The position numbers and the translations under genes were made by a program. Under the pieces are notes generated by a model. That model was given only the letters and a program-made list of their open reading frames with translations. It was not told the DNA's origin and searched no databases. DNA of 64,000 bases. It comes from an uncultured Gemmatimonadales bacterium (GTDB lineage: Bacteria; Gemmatimonadota; Gemmatimonadetes; Gemmatimonadales; GWC2-71-9). This document shows, in pieces, positions 38,850 through 49,238 of the stretch (position 1 is the first letter of the stretch; each line of letters begins with the position of its first letter). The stretch covers positions 1 through 64,000 of the forward strand of contig CAWGSK010000017.1 in NCBI GenBank assembly GCA_963825055.1, read 5' to 3'.

Positions 38850-39434
38850 ATGAACTCCCCGCTTCCGTTCCGCATCGGCCTGGCCGCGATATTCCTGCTG
38901 GCCGCCGCCCCCCTGGCCGCCCAGCGCCCCCACAGCCGTCTCCGCGAAGTGCACCCGACGAATCGGGACGGTTTCTGGATCGGGGCCGCGGTTGGGGCCG
39001 GCCAGAATGCCACCCAGTACCGGCCCGGTCCATCGTCATACGGTCCCGACATCAGCGGTGGCTCGCTCAACCTCAAGGTCGGCGGTTCGCCGTCCAGCCA
39101 CGTCCTGCTCGGCGCCGATCTCTACGCCTGGATCCATGACCTCGGCGACGGGACGGACGAGTCGCTGAGCAGCGCCATGTTCATCGCCCAGGTTTATCCC
39201 TTCGACAATGCCGGTCTCTTCTTCAAGGGCGGCGCGGGACTCACCGCCTACAACGTGAGTGACCGCTTCCTGGACTTCAATGAAGGGGGGTACGGCGGCG
39301 TGGTGGGCGCCGGTTATGAGATCCAGGTCGGCCGCAACGTCTATCTGGTGCCGTCGCTCGATGCCTACTGGCACGCCTACGACGGCCGGCGGGAACGCAT
39401 CGTGAACTTCGGGTTCGGGGTCACGTTCCACTAG
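38850..39434 (+). CDS. Small outer-membrane beta-barrel protein
   Basis: Signal peptide, alternating beta-strands, C-terminal FGFGVTFH. Confidence 0.72.
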   Translation: MNSPLPFRIGLAAIFLLAAAPLAAQRPHSRLREVHPTNRDGFWIGAAVGAGQNATQYRPGPSSYGPDISGGSLNLKVGGSPSSHVLLGADLYAWIHDLGDGTDESLSSAMFIAQVYPFDNAGLFFKGGAGLTAYNVSDRFLDFNEGGYGGVVGAGYEIQVGRNVYLVPSLDAYWHAYDGRRERIVNFGFGVTFH

Positions 39435-39691
39435 GGCGGCTTTCGTGACCCGCGGGTCCGGGATACATTCCTAACCCCCCTGAGGTACGGTACCAGGAAG
39501 GCTGCGGCAGAGCGGCGGCGGTCCGAACATCCCCCCAAGGCACTATTGAAGAGTGCAGGGAGGCGGACCCCTACCCCCCGACTGCAGCGCTCCCGTGGCC
39601 GCCCCCCCGGGGTCTGTGTTTCCCCCGGAAGGAGCGTCCCCGGCCGGCCGGCCGGACGCACCGGGTCATGCGGGCAGGTGCTGTGAGTCGA

Positions 39692-42600
39692 ATGCGTTTC
39701 CTGCGGTTCGGATTGCTGGTCCTGGCGGCCGTCACGACGGTCACCTGCGGCGGCGACAAGCTCACCCTTCCCAACGAGGGCAATCCCTCCTCGGCGCAGG
39801 TGGAGCAGGGGAACAACCAGACCGGCACCGTTGCCCAGCCGCTGCGCGACAGCCTCATCATCCGCCTCACCGATTCCAAGAGCCGGCCCGTGTCCGGCCA
39901 GCGTGTCGCGTTCGTCCTCACCGGCGGCGCGTCCGGCGCGGCCGTCGCGCCGGATACGGCCATCTCCGATGATGCCGGCCGGGTCCGCGCCCGCTGGATC
40001 CTCGGCACCGTCGCGGGCCCGCAGACGCTCGAGGCGCGCGTCATCGGGTTCTCCAGTCTTACGAAGACCTTCACCGCCCAGGCCGCGCCCGCCGCCGCCG
40101 ACACGCTCCGCCTCATTCAGGGTGATGGCCAGAGCGGGACGGTGGGGGCGACCCTCACCGATTCGCTCGTGGTCCGGGTCACGGATCGGTTCGGCAACGG
40201 GGTCTCCGGGGTCAACGTATCCTGGACGGTCACCGGCGGTGGCTCCATCTCGCCGTCCAGCACGGCCACCGATGCCACGGGGCGTGCCGCCGTGGCGCGC
40301 ACCCTCGGGTCGAGCGCGGGGGCCCAGACCACCCTGGCCACCGTGGCCGGCCTCAAGGGCTCGCCCGTCACGTTCACCCAGACCGCGGGCTCCGGCAGCG
40401 CCTCCAGCCTTACCATCGTTTCCGGGGACAATCAGTCAGGGCCGGCCAGCTTCCCGCTCGGCATGCCGGTGGTGGTCAAGCTGGCGGACGCCACCGGCAA
40501 CGGCGTGCCCGGCGTGAACGTCACCTGGGTAATCGCGACCGGTGGCGGCAGCGTGTCCCCCACGACTGGCACGACGGACCAGAACGGCCTGGCGAGCTCC
40601 AACTGGACCCTGGGCCCGGTTGCCGGGGCCAACACCCTGAATGCCGTCAGCTCCGGTTTCACCGTGAACTTCTCCGCCACCGCGACCGCCGCCGCCCCGA
40701 CGCAGATGGCGGCCAATTCGGTCACGAACCAGACCGGGACCGCCGGACTGGCGGTGGCGACGAGTCCGTCGGTCCGGGTCCGCGACGCAAACGGCAATGG
40801 GGTGGCGGGAGTCGGTGTCACCTTCGCCGTCGCGGGTGGCGGGGGTTCGGTCAGTGACACGACCGTCGGGACCGGCGCCTCCGGGATCGCCACCCTGCCG
40901 ACCTGGACGCTGGGACAGGTCGCCGGGACGAATCAGCTCACCGCATCGGTCAGCGGGCTTACGGGAAGCCCGGTGACCTTCAACGCGACCGGCAACGCGG
41001 GCCCCGCGGCGCAGATGGTCATGCAGACGCAGCCGCCAGTGTTGATGACCAGTGGGGCCACCATCACCCCCACCCCCGCGGTACAGCTGCAGGACCAGTT
41101 CGGGAATACCGTGACCACCCAGAACGTCAGCGTCACGGTGAGCCTGAACGGAGCCGGCACGCTCGCGGGCACCAAGACCCGGACGAGCAACAGCAACGGG
41201 CAGGCATCCTTCCCGAGCCTGAGCCTCTCGGGGCCGCCGGGATCCTACAGCCTGTCCTTCACCGCCTCCGGGATCACCGGGGTGACCTCGACGCCGATCT
41301 CCCTCGGCGCAGGCAACGCGACGACGCTGGTCTTCACCACCCAGCCGAGCAATACGACAGCCGGGGTCGCAATGACGCCGGCGGTCGTGGTCCAGGCGCG
41401 AGACGCGTCCAACAACGTCGATCCGGCCTTTACGGGCAGCGTGAGCCTCAACCTCGGGGCCAATCCCGGCGGCGATCCCCTCGGCACGGTGAGCGCCACG
41501 GCGGTCAGCGGGGTCGCGACGTTCAGCGGAATCACCCTCCAGAAGGCCGCAGCCGGATACACCCTGGTCGCTTCGAGCAGTGGCCTGTCGTCCGCTACCA
41601 GCAACACCTTCACCGTTTCTCCCGCGGCGGCGGCGTCGCTGGCCTTCAGCCAGCAACCCACGAACGTCGTCGCGGGGGCCACGATCACGCCCTTCGTCCG
41701 GGTGACGGCGCTGGATGCCTTCGGGAATGCCGTGATGTCGCCTTCGATCCCGATTGCGATCGCGATCGGGACGAACCCGGCTTCCGGCGTGCTCAGCGGC
41801 ACCAGCCCCCGTTCAACCTCCGGCGGGATTGCCACCTTCAACAACCTGAGTATCGACAAGGCCGGCACCGGTTACACCCTCGTTGCGTCGGGGGGCGGTT
41901 TCAACGTGACCAGCAACCCCTTCGATGTGACCGTGGGGAACGGGAGCAAGGTGGCCTTTGTCGCCCCGCAGCCCACGTCGGCGACGGCCGGGGCGGCCAT
42001 TACCCCGGGATTCACCGTGGAGGTGCAGGACGCCGCCGGGAACAGGATCCCCGGGGCGAACAACCAGATCACGGTCTTCATCGGTACCAACCCCTCGCAG
42101 GGGTCGCTGAGCGGGACGACCCAGCGCAATGCCGTCAACGGGACGGTGACGTTCACCGGCCTCAGCATCGATTCGGCCGGCACCGGTTACACCCTGACGG
42201 CCTCCGCCAGCGGGCTGGTCAGCACGTCCAGTAGCAGCTTCGATATCGTACCGGGCTCACCAAGCGCCAGCCTGTCGACCGTGACCGCGTCGCCGGGCAC
42301 GATCAGCGCCAGCAACGGCTCGTCGTCCAGCACGATCACGGTGACGGTCAAGGACCAGAAGGGGAACCTGGTTCCCGGCACCTCCGTGACCCTCGGGGTC
42401 ACGGGTGGATCAGGCAACACCCTCAGCGCATCCGGCCCGACTAACAGCTCCGGGGTCTACACCGGAACGTTCTCGGCCACCGTCAGTGGCGCGACCCGGA
42501 CCATCAGCGCCACTGCGGGCGCCGTATTGCTGAACCAGACTGCTTCCGTATTCGTCAACCCCGGTCTACCGAGCCAGCTCACGGTTTCCCAGCAGCCCGG

Positions 42601-45600
42601 CTCGGTGCAGGCCGGCCAGACGATCCTGCCCGCTCCCGCATTCACAATTCGCGATGCCCTGGGCAACCAGGTCACGAGCGCGACCAATACGGTGACGGTG
42701 GGCATCGGGACCAACGCGGGGTCCGGGACGCTGCTGGGCAACGTCACTGCGACCGCCTCCGGCGGTGTCGCGACGTTTACGAACCTCTCGATCGACAAGG
42801 TGGGGACGGGGTACACGCTGGTGGGTACGGCCTCCGGTCTGTCATCCGCGACGACGGGCACGTTCGACATCACCCCGGGGTCGCCGAGTGCGTCACAGTC
42901 GACGGTGTCGGCCCCGAGCCCCATCGTGGCGAGCGGCGGCAGCTCGACGAGCACGATCACCGTGGTGGTAGTCGACGGATCCGGAAACGCGGTGCCCGGC
43001 GCGACGGTGGTCCTGTCCGCCAGCGGAACCGGGAATACGCTGAGCGCCTCGGGGCCGACGGACGCACAGGGCACCTATACGGGCACCCTCTCGTCGACCG
43101 TCGCCGGGGTCAAGACGGTGTCCGCCACCGCCAACGGCGTGGGCATCACCCAGACGGCCGCCGTCACGGTGAACCCGGCCCCCGCGACGCAACTGACCGT
43201 CTCCCAGCAGCCGCCGGGGACACTCCCGGCCGGACAGGCGATCACGCCGGCACCGGCATTCACCATTCGTGATGGTTTCGGCAACCAGGTGACCAGCGCA
43301 ACCAACATGGTCGCGATCGGGATCGGAACCAACCCCGGTGGCGGCACGCTTTCAGGTACGACCACCGTGAGCGCCAGCGGTGGCGTGGCCACATTCCCCG
43401 GGCTTTCCATCGACCAGGCCGGGACCGGCTATACGCTTCAGGCGGTCGCGGCCGGCTTGACGAGCGCTACCACGGCCACCTTTGACATCACGGCGGGCAG
43501 TGCCGTTGCGTCGCAGAGCACAGCCACGGTGCTTCCCGCCAGCGCTGCAGCCGGGACGGCGGTCAACATCACGGTGCAGGCACGGGATGCGCTGGGCAAT
43601 CCCGTCACGAGCGGCGGTGCCACCGTTGCGGTTTCCGTGGCAGGGGCGAACCCCGGGTCCCTCACAGTCACTGACCCGAACGACGGGACCTACACTGCGA
43701 GCTACACCCCGACCGTGGCTGGTGGAGACAACCTGACCATCACCCTGAACGGCGGCGGGATCAGCGGGAGCCCGTATGCCCACACCGTCACGGCGGCGGC
43801 GCTGAGCCCGTCGAACTCCACCGCGTCGTTTAACCCCCCGAGCCCGACCGCGGGCCAGCAGGTGGACATTACCGTCCAGTCGCGTGACCAGTACGGCAAC
43901 CTGGTGACTACGCCTGGCGCGACGGTGGTGATCAACGTGACCGGCGCCAACACGGCGACGCCGCCCGTGACCGACGTGGGCAATGGGACCTACACCGCGA
44001 GCTATACGCCGACCAGCAGCGGCACGGACAACATCGCCATCACGATGAACGGGACGCCGATCAGCGGGAGCCCCTTCGGCCAGCCCGTGGCCACGGGGCC
44101 GGCGAGCGGCGCGCAGTCCGTGGGGTCCGCCCCGGGCTTGGGCGCGGCGGGCAGCTCCGTCGCGATTCAGGTTCAGGCGCGTGACGCGTTCGGGAACCCG
44201 GTCACGGTGGGCGGGGCGACGGTCGCCGTCTCCGTCACGGGCGCCAATACGTCGTCCCCCGGCGTGACCGACAACAACGACGGGACATACGCCGCATCCT
44301 ATGTGCCCGCCAGTACGGGGACTGACAACGCCGCCGTCACGCTGAACGGTGCCGCGGTGCAGGGAAGCCCATTCATGATCGCCATTGCTGCCGGCGGCCC
44401 GAGCCCGCCCAATACCGTTGCAACGGTGCCGCCCGGCACGGCGGGGGCACCGACCGCGATCACCGTGCAGGCGAGAGACGCCCAGAACAACGATCTCACC
44501 ACGGGCGGCGCCACCATCCTTGTCACGGTCTCGGGGGCCAACTCCGCCTCCCCCTCCGTCACCGACCATAACGACGGCACATACACCGCTTCCTACACCC
44601 CGACCAGCGCCGGCAGCGACAACATCGCGATCACCCTGAGCGGGACCGCTATCGGGAGCAGTCCGTTCACAAGTTCCGTCTCGCCCGGGGCGCCCTCGGC
44701 CGCGCAGTCCCTTGCCACCGTTCCGCCGTCCGGGACCGCCGGCTCCGCCACCGCGATAAGCGTTCAGGCGCGTGACCAGTACGGAAACCCCGTCACGACG
44801 GGCGGCGCGGTGGTGGCCGTGTCGGTCACCGGTGCCAATACCGCAACTCCGCCCGTGACGGACCAGGGCAATGGGACCTATACGGCGAGCTACACGCCAG
44901 CGGCAACCGGAACCGACAACATCGCGATCACACTGGGCGGAAGTCCGGTCGGCGCGAGCCCCTACAGCTCGACCGTCGGCGCCGGCGCGCCGAGTGCCGC
45001 CCAGAGCACGGCCACCGTCCCCGGTGGCGTCGCCGGCGTGGCCACGACCGTCACCGTGCAGGCAAAGGACGCCGCGGGGAATGATCTGACGACCGGCGGA
45101 GCCGCCGTGGTGGTCACGGTGAGCGGCGCGAACGCAGCCGGCCCGACTGGAGCGACAGACCAGGGCGATGGGACGTATACGTTCCAGTACACGCCGACAG
45201 CTTCCGGGACCGACAACGTGGGGATCACGTTGAATGGCGGAACGGTCGGCGCGAGCCCCTATACCTCCACCGTCTCGCCCGGACCGCCCAGCGCGGGGAA
45301 CTCGGTCGCGGTCGTCCCTGGCGCGGGTACCGCAGGTGCCGCCACGGTCATCAGCGTCCAGGCGCGTGACCAGTACGGCAACGACCTCTCGGCCGGCGGC
45401 GCCGCCGTGGTGGTCACGGTTACGGGCGCCAACAGCGCCACGCCCGCCGTGACCGACAACGGCGACGGCACCTACGCCACGAGCTATACCCCCACCGCCA
45501 GCGGGGCCGACGCTGTGGCGATCACCCTGAATGGGAGCGCCGTGGGGACGAGTCCCTACGCGACCTTGGTGGCGCCGGGTGCTGCCAGCGCCGCGCAAAC

Positions 45601-45874
45601 CACTGCAGTGGTGCCCAGTGGTAATACAGGCCTGCCGACAAGCATCATGGTCCAGGCGCAGGACCAGTTCGGCAACCTGTTGACAGCCGGAGGCGATCTC
45701 GTCACCGTGGATGTGAGCGGGACCAATCCGGCGGGATCGCTGACCGTCACCGACAACGGGGACGGGACATATAGTGCGTCCTATACCCCCGGCACCGCAG
45801 GGAGCGACACGGTGGACATCGCCATCAACGGTACTGCCATCGCCGGGAGTCCGTATGCGAGCACCGTGAACTGA
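39692..45874 (+). CDS. Giant Ig-repeat surface lipoprotein (about 20 Big_1/invasin-like and filamin-like modules)
   Basis: Hydrophobic leader ending in Cys (AAVTTVTC); Thr/Ser/Gly-rich ~100-aa repeats; eight C-terminal TD..[DN]GTY...Y.P repeats. Alternative ATG 39668. Confidence 0.88.
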   Translation: MRFLRFGLLVLAAVTTVTCGGDKLTLPNEGNPSSAQVEQGNNQTGTVAQPLRDSLIIRLTDSKSRPVSGQRVAFVLTGGASGAAVAPDTAISDDAGRVRARWILGTVAGPQTLEARVIGFSSLTKTFTAQAAPAAADTLRLIQGDGQSGTVGATLTDSLVVRVTDRFGNGVSGVNVSWTVTGGGSISPSSTATDATGRAAVARTLGSSAGAQTTLATVAGLKGSPVTFTQTAGSGSASSLTIVSGDNQSGPASFPLGMPVVVKLADATGNGVPGVNVTWVIATGGGSVSPTTGTTDQNGLASSNWTLGPVAGANTLNAVSSGFTVNFSATATAAAPTQMAANSVTNQTGTAGLAVATSPSVRVRDANGNGVAGVGVTFAVAGGGGSVSDTTVGTGASGIATLPTWTLGQVAGTNQLTASVSGLTGSPVTFNATGNAGPAAQMVMQTQPPVLMTSGATITPTPAVQLQDQFGNTVTTQNVSVTVSLNGAGTLAGTKTRTSNSNGQASFPSLSLSGPPGSYSLSFTASGITGVTSTPISLGAGNATTLVFTTQPSNTTAGVAMTPAVVVQARDASNNVDPAFTGSVSLNLGANPGGDPLGTVSATAVSGVATFSGITLQKAAAGYTLVASSSGLSSATSNTFTVSPAAAASLAFSQQPTNVVAGATITPFVRVTALDAFGNAVMSPSIPIAIAIGTNPASGVLSGTSPRSTSGGIATFNNLSIDKAGTGYTLVASGGGFNVTSNPFDVTVGNGSKVAFVAPQPTSATAGAAITPGFTVEVQDAAGNRIPGANNQITVFIGTNPSQGSLSGTTQRNAVNGTVTFTGLSIDSAGTGYTLTASASGLVSTSSSSFDIVPGSPSASLSTVTASPGTISASNGSSSSTITVTVKDQKGNLVPGTSVTLGVTGGSGNTLSASGPTNSSGVYTGTFSATVSGATRTISATAGAVLLNQTASVFVNPGLPSQLTVSQQPGSVQAGQTILPAPAFTIRDALGNQVTSATNTVTVGIGTNAGSGTLLGNVTATASGGVATFTNLSIDKVGTGYTLVGTASGLSSATTGTFDITPGSPSASQSTVSAPSPIVASGGSSTSTITVVVVDGSGNAVPGATVVLSASGTGNTLSASGPTDAQGTYTGTLSSTVAGVKTVSATANGVGITQTAAVTVNPAPATQLTVSQQPPGTLPAGQAITPAPAFTIRDGFGNQVTSATNMVAIGIGTNPGGGTLSGTTTVSASGGVATFPGLSIDQAGTGYTLQAVAAGLTSATTATFDITAGSAVASQSTATVLPASAAAGTAVNITVQARDALGNPVTSGGATVAVSVAGANPGSLTVTDPNDGTYTASYTPTVAGGDNLTITLNGGGISGSPYAHTVTAAALSPSNSTASFNPPSPTAGQQVDITVQSRDQYGNLVTTPGATVVINVTGANTATPPVTDVGNGTYTASYTPTSSGTDNIAITMNGTPISGSPFGQPVATGPASGAQSVGSAPGLGAAGSSVAIQVQARDAFGNPVTVGGATVAVSVTGANTSSPGVTDNNDGTYAASYVPASTGTDNAAVTLNGAAVQGSPFMIAIAAGGPSPPNTVATVPPGTAGAPTAITVQARDAQNNDLTTGGATILVTVSGANSASPSVTDHNDGTYTASYTPTSAGSDNIAITLSGTAIGSSPFTSSVSPGAPSAAQSLATVPPSGTAGSATAISVQARDQYGNPVTTGGAVVAVSVTGANTATPPVTDQGNGTYTASYTPAATGTDNIAITLGGSPVGASPYSSTVGAGAPSAAQSTATVPGGVAGVATTVTVQAKDAAGNDLTTGGAAVVVTVSGANAAGPTGATDQGDGTYTFQYTPTASGTDNVGITLNGGTVGASPYTSTVSPGPPSAGNSVAVVPGAGTAGAATVISVQARDQYGNDLSAGGAAVVVTVTGANSATPAVTDNGDGTYATSYTPTASGADAVAITLNGSAVGTSPYATLVAPGAASAAQTTAVVPSGNTGLPTSIMVQAQDQFGNLLTAGGDLVTVDVSGTNPAGSLTVTDNGDGTYSASYTPGTAGSDTVDIAINGTAIAGSPYASTVN

Positions 45875-45974
45875 GTGTGACGCAGGTTCCCGACGCCACG
45901 GGGCGTCTGAGAGCATACTGGAAAAGTCGGTTACCCCTGACCGATCGACTCGCCACCGAAGGGCCAAGCTGCAG

Positions 45975-48209
45975 ATGTCCCCACCCTCACTTCGGCATAT
46001 GTTCGCAACCTGGCTGCCGTGCGCGGCGCTGGTGGCTCTGGCCGCCTGCGCGCAGGACAGCCTGGTGTTGCCGGATGAGGGGGAGCCGTCACAGGTCCTC
46101 GTGCTGAGCGGCAACGGCCAGTCGGGACAGGTCGGCGCGCCGCTGACCGATTCGCTCGTCGTGCGACTCACGGACAGCCATGCCCGTCCGGTGCAGGACT
46201 TCCCCGTGGTCTTCGCCATCACCAGCGGTGGACAGGTCATCCCGGACACGGCCCGGACCGACGCCGACGGCCGTGCCAGTTCCCGATGGATCCTCGGGCC
46301 CGCCGCCGGAGCCCAGACAGTCGAAGCCACGGTGCCGCTGTCCGGCAAGTCACCCCGGAAAGCGCTCTTTTCAGCCCAGGCGATGCCGGGGCCCGCGGAC
46401 ACCGTGGCCGCCACGGCTGGTGATGCCCAGACGGGACAGGCCGGTTCCACCCTGGCGGACTCTCTCGTCGTCGTCGTCCAGGACGCGTACGGCAACGGAA
46501 TCGCCGACGTCCCGCTCACCTGGCAGGTTTCCGGCGGCGGGACCGTATCGCCCGCCGGCCCCGCCACGGATGCGGGGGGGCGCCAGGCCGCGACGTGGAC
46601 GCTGGGGACCACCGCCGCTACACAGACCGTGACGGTCACGGGTGCTGGCGTCCCCGGCGCGATGTCCTTTACCGCCACCGCCACCACCGGGCCCCCTCCA
46701 GCCCTCGCCATCGTGACCCAGCCGTCTGCCACGGCGTCCAACGGCGTGCCCTTCAGCCAGCAGCCGGTGATCCAGCTCGAGGACGCGGGCGGCACTCCGA
46801 TTGGCCAGGCCGGCGTGCTGGTGACCGCCGGAATCGCGACGGGCGGTGGTGTGCTGGGCGGGACCACGAGTATTACGACCAATTCATCGGGGCGGGCGGT
46901 GTTCACTGATCTCGCTATCTCGGGAACCCCCGGCAGCCGCACCATCGTATTCGGTGCCAGCGGCCATGTCTCGGTGACCAGCGCGGCCATCAATGTCACA
47001 GGCGGTCCGCCCGACCCCGGCCAGTCCACCCTTTCGGCCAGTCCGACGACCATCACCGCCAGCAGCGGCGCCGTGACTTCCACGCTGACCGTGACCGCAC
47101 GTGATGCGCAGGGCAACCCGGTTCCCGGGGCCACGGTGCTGTTCACCGCGAGCGGTGGTGGCGTTCAACTCACGCAGCCGACCGGCCCGACCAACGTGAA
47201 TGGCGTGGCGACGGGCCGGGCGAGTTCCGGCGCCGCCGGGGCCAAGACAATCCACGCGACCGTTGACGGAATCGGCCTCAACCAGGCCGTGACGCTGACG
47301 GTGGTTCCGTCCGGGGCCGCTGCCGCCCACAGCACGGCCACCGTGCCTTCCGGCACCACTGGGTCGACCACTTCCATCGCCATCCAGCTCAGGGATCAGT
47401 TCGACAATCCCCTGGGTTCCGGCGGGGACAACGTCGCCGTATCCGTTACCGGAGCGAATACGGCGAGCGCCACGGTGGCCGACAACCACGACGGCACCTA
47501 CACGGCGACGTACACGCCGGCTGCTCCGGGAATTGACCATGTCGCCATCACGCTGAACGGCACGGGCATTTCCGGCAGCCCCTATACGAGCACGGTTTCG
47601 GGTGGGCCGAGCGCCAGCCGGTCGTCTGTAAGCGCCAGCCCTGGCAGCATCACGGCCAGCAACGGATCGAGCGTCTCCACGGTGGCCGTGACCGTGCGTG
47701 ATGCGGCGGGGACGCCGCTGCAGGGCGTGGCCGTGACGATCTCGGTGTCAGGAAAGAACAACACGATCAACCAGCCGGCCGGTCCGACCAATGCGCAGGG
47801 CGTCGCGACGGCCACGTTCAGCTCGACGAAGGCCGAGACCAAAACCGTGACGGCCACGGCCGGAGGCCAGAACCTCTCCCAGGGCGCGACCGTGACCGTG
47901 ACGCCCGCCCAGGCTTCCGCCCAGACCACCACCGTCGCCACGCCCGGGGGCAAGCCGTTCAACTTCATCCCGATCACCATCACCGCGAAGGATGCGTTCG
48001 GGAATGCCCACACGACGGGCGGGCTGGCCTCGCAGATCACGGTGAGCGTGACCGGGGCCAACAACGTGGGACGGCTCAATGTGGCGGATAACGGGGACGG
48101 GACGTATTCCGCGTCGTACCTTGCTCTCTTCAAGGGGAACGACGACGTGGTCGTCACCCTCTACGGGGTCGCGGTGGCGGGGAGCCCCTTCCAGAGCCAC
48201 ATCAAGTAA
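45975..48209 (+). CDS. Ig-repeat surface lipoprotein (about 7 modules), paralogous to the upstream gene
   Basis: ALAAC lipobox; same module types; N-terminus LVLPDEGEPS parallels LTLPNEGNPS. Confidence 0.88.
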   Translation: MSPPSLRHMFATWLPCAALVALAACAQDSLVLPDEGEPSQVLVLSGNGQSGQVGAPLTDSLVVRLTDSHARPVQDFPVVFAITSGGQVIPDTARTDADGRASSRWILGPAAGAQTVEATVPLSGKSPRKALFSAQAMPGPADTVAATAGDAQTGQAGSTLADSLVVVVQDAYGNGIADVPLTWQVSGGGTVSPAGPATDAGGRQAATWTLGTTAATQTVTVTGAGVPGAMSFTATATTGPPPALAIVTQPSATASNGVPFSQQPVIQLEDAGGTPIGQAGVLVTAGIATGGGVLGGTTSITTNSSGRAVFTDLAISGTPGSRTIVFGASGHVSVTSAAINVTGGPPDPGQSTLSASPTTITASSGAVTSTLTVTARDAQGNPVPGATVLFTASGGGVQLTQPTGPTNVNGVATGRASSGAAGAKTIHATVDGIGLNQAVTLTVVPSGAAAAHSTATVPSGTTGSTTSIAIQLRDQFDNPLGSGGDNVAVSVTGANTASATVADNHDGTYTATYTPAAPGIDHVAITLNGTGISGSPYTSTVSGGPSASRSSVSASPGSITASNGSSVSTVAVTVRDAAGTPLQGVAVTISVSGKNNTINQPAGPTNAQGVATATFSSTKAETKTVTATAGGQNLSQGATVTVTPAQASAQTTTVATPGGKPFNFIPITITAKDAFGNAHTTGGLASQITVSVTGANNVGRLNVADNGDGTYSASYLALFKGNDDVVVTLYGVAVAGSPFQSHIK

Positions 48210-48244
48210 CCGCAGGAAGCCGGAATGAAGGGCCGGGAGGCGGC

Positions 48245-48273
48245 TTGCCATGGCTGCCCCCGGCCCTTAATTT
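48245..48273 (+). promoter_or_regulatory. Sigma70-type promoter of tRNA pair
   Basis: TTGCCA-17 nt-TAATTT, same layout as 8945-8973. Confidence 0.55.
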
Positions 48274-48283
48274 CCTGCCCCCT

Positions 48284-48365
48284 GCCCTGGTGGTGAAACT
48301 GGTAGACACGCTATCTTGAGGGGGTAGTGCCGAAAGGCGTCGCGGTTCGAATCCGCGCCAGGGCA
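48284..48365 (+). tRNA. tRNA-Leu(GAG)
   Basis: GCCCTGG/CCAGGGC stem, TT-GAG-GG loop, variable arm GCCGAAAGGC. Confidence 0.96.
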
Positions 48366-48371
48366 TGGCCG

Positions 48372-48443
48372 GCCACTGTAGCTCAGGGGTAGAGCTCTCG
48401 ATTCGTAATCGAGCGGTCGTCGGTTCGAATCCGACCAGTGGCT
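48372..48443 (+). tRNA. tRNA-Thr(CGT)
   Basis: GCCACTG/CAGTGGC stem, CTCGA-TT-CGT-AA-TCGAG arm. Confidence 0.95.
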
Positions 48444-48499
48444 CTCGGCACTCGGAGCATCGCATTGCAGGCGCGCCTACCCGGGCGCGTTTTGCGTTT

Positions 48500-49180
48500 C
48501 TACCAGCCGAGCCGGAACCCCGCAAACAGGTCGTAGAGCGTGCGACGGGTCGCCGGCTGCCCAAAATCCCCGAACACCCGACCCTCCGCATAGCTGTTCC
48601 GCATCAGACCAACCTCGAAGGCGGTGTTGGGGGCACCCGTGTACTCGACCCCGAGGGTTCCCACCAGGATGAACTGGTCGTCCTCCTGGTATCGCTCAAT
48701 GACCGGGTCGTCGCCCGCCGGTCCGCCGGAGAAGACGTACTTCGCGGAGACGTAGGGGCTCCAGCGGCCGTAGTCACGGCTGTAGATCAGCGTGGCCGAG
48801 GCGGGGATGAAGAGGTAGACCGTCTGGCCGGCGACCGCCACGGCGTCCCGCCGGCCCTGCCAGAGGGCCACCTTGAGGTAGGTGAAGGGGAGCAGGGTGC
48901 GCCCGTAATCCCCCGGGCGGGGGTCGTTGCCGTGAAGTCCGTCCTCATGGTATACCGCGACCGGGATGCCGACCTCCACGCCGCGGAACCCGAACGACGG
49001 CCCCGTGAAGAGAAGGACATCCGCGCCCTGGGCCTCGTCATTGCGCGCCTGGTCCGCGAGGACGGCAGCCCCGCCCATCCAGTGGAAGCCTTCATGGATC
49101 CGGGCCGACTGGAGCGTCGAGAAGCACGCCCCGAGGCCCGGCAGGGCGACCAGGAGGAGGAACACGGCGGGACGGGTCAT
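48500..49180 (-). CDS. Hypothetical lipoprotein / beta-barrel-like protein
   Basis: LGAC lipobox; amphipathic strands; C-terminal FAGFRLGW. Confidence 0.65.
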   Translation of the reverse strand: MTRPAVFLLLVALPGLGACFSTLQSARIHEGFHWMGGAAVLADQARNDEAQGADVLLFTGPSFGFRGVEVGIPVAVYHEDGLHGNDPRPGDYGRTLLPFTYLKVALWQGRRDAVAVAGQTVYLFIPASATLIYSRDYGRWSPYVSAKYVFSGGPAGDDPVIERYQEDDQFILVGTLGVEYTGAPNTAFEVGLMRNSYAEGRVFGDFGQPATRRTLYDLFAGFRLGW

Positions 49181-49238
49181 GGCACGCTCCGGCAAGGGAC
49201 GTCCTACACTACCACGCCACCGTCCCCCCAGCGTGACC

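Noticed and set aside
43352..47146. 1264-aa minus-strand ORF, and other long shadow ORFs (2336-4474, 13116-14960, 30542-32155, 35655-36893, 54241-56700)
   Set aside because: Antisense to well-supported genes, no recognisable motifs; expected from stop-codon scarcity in high-GC DNA.
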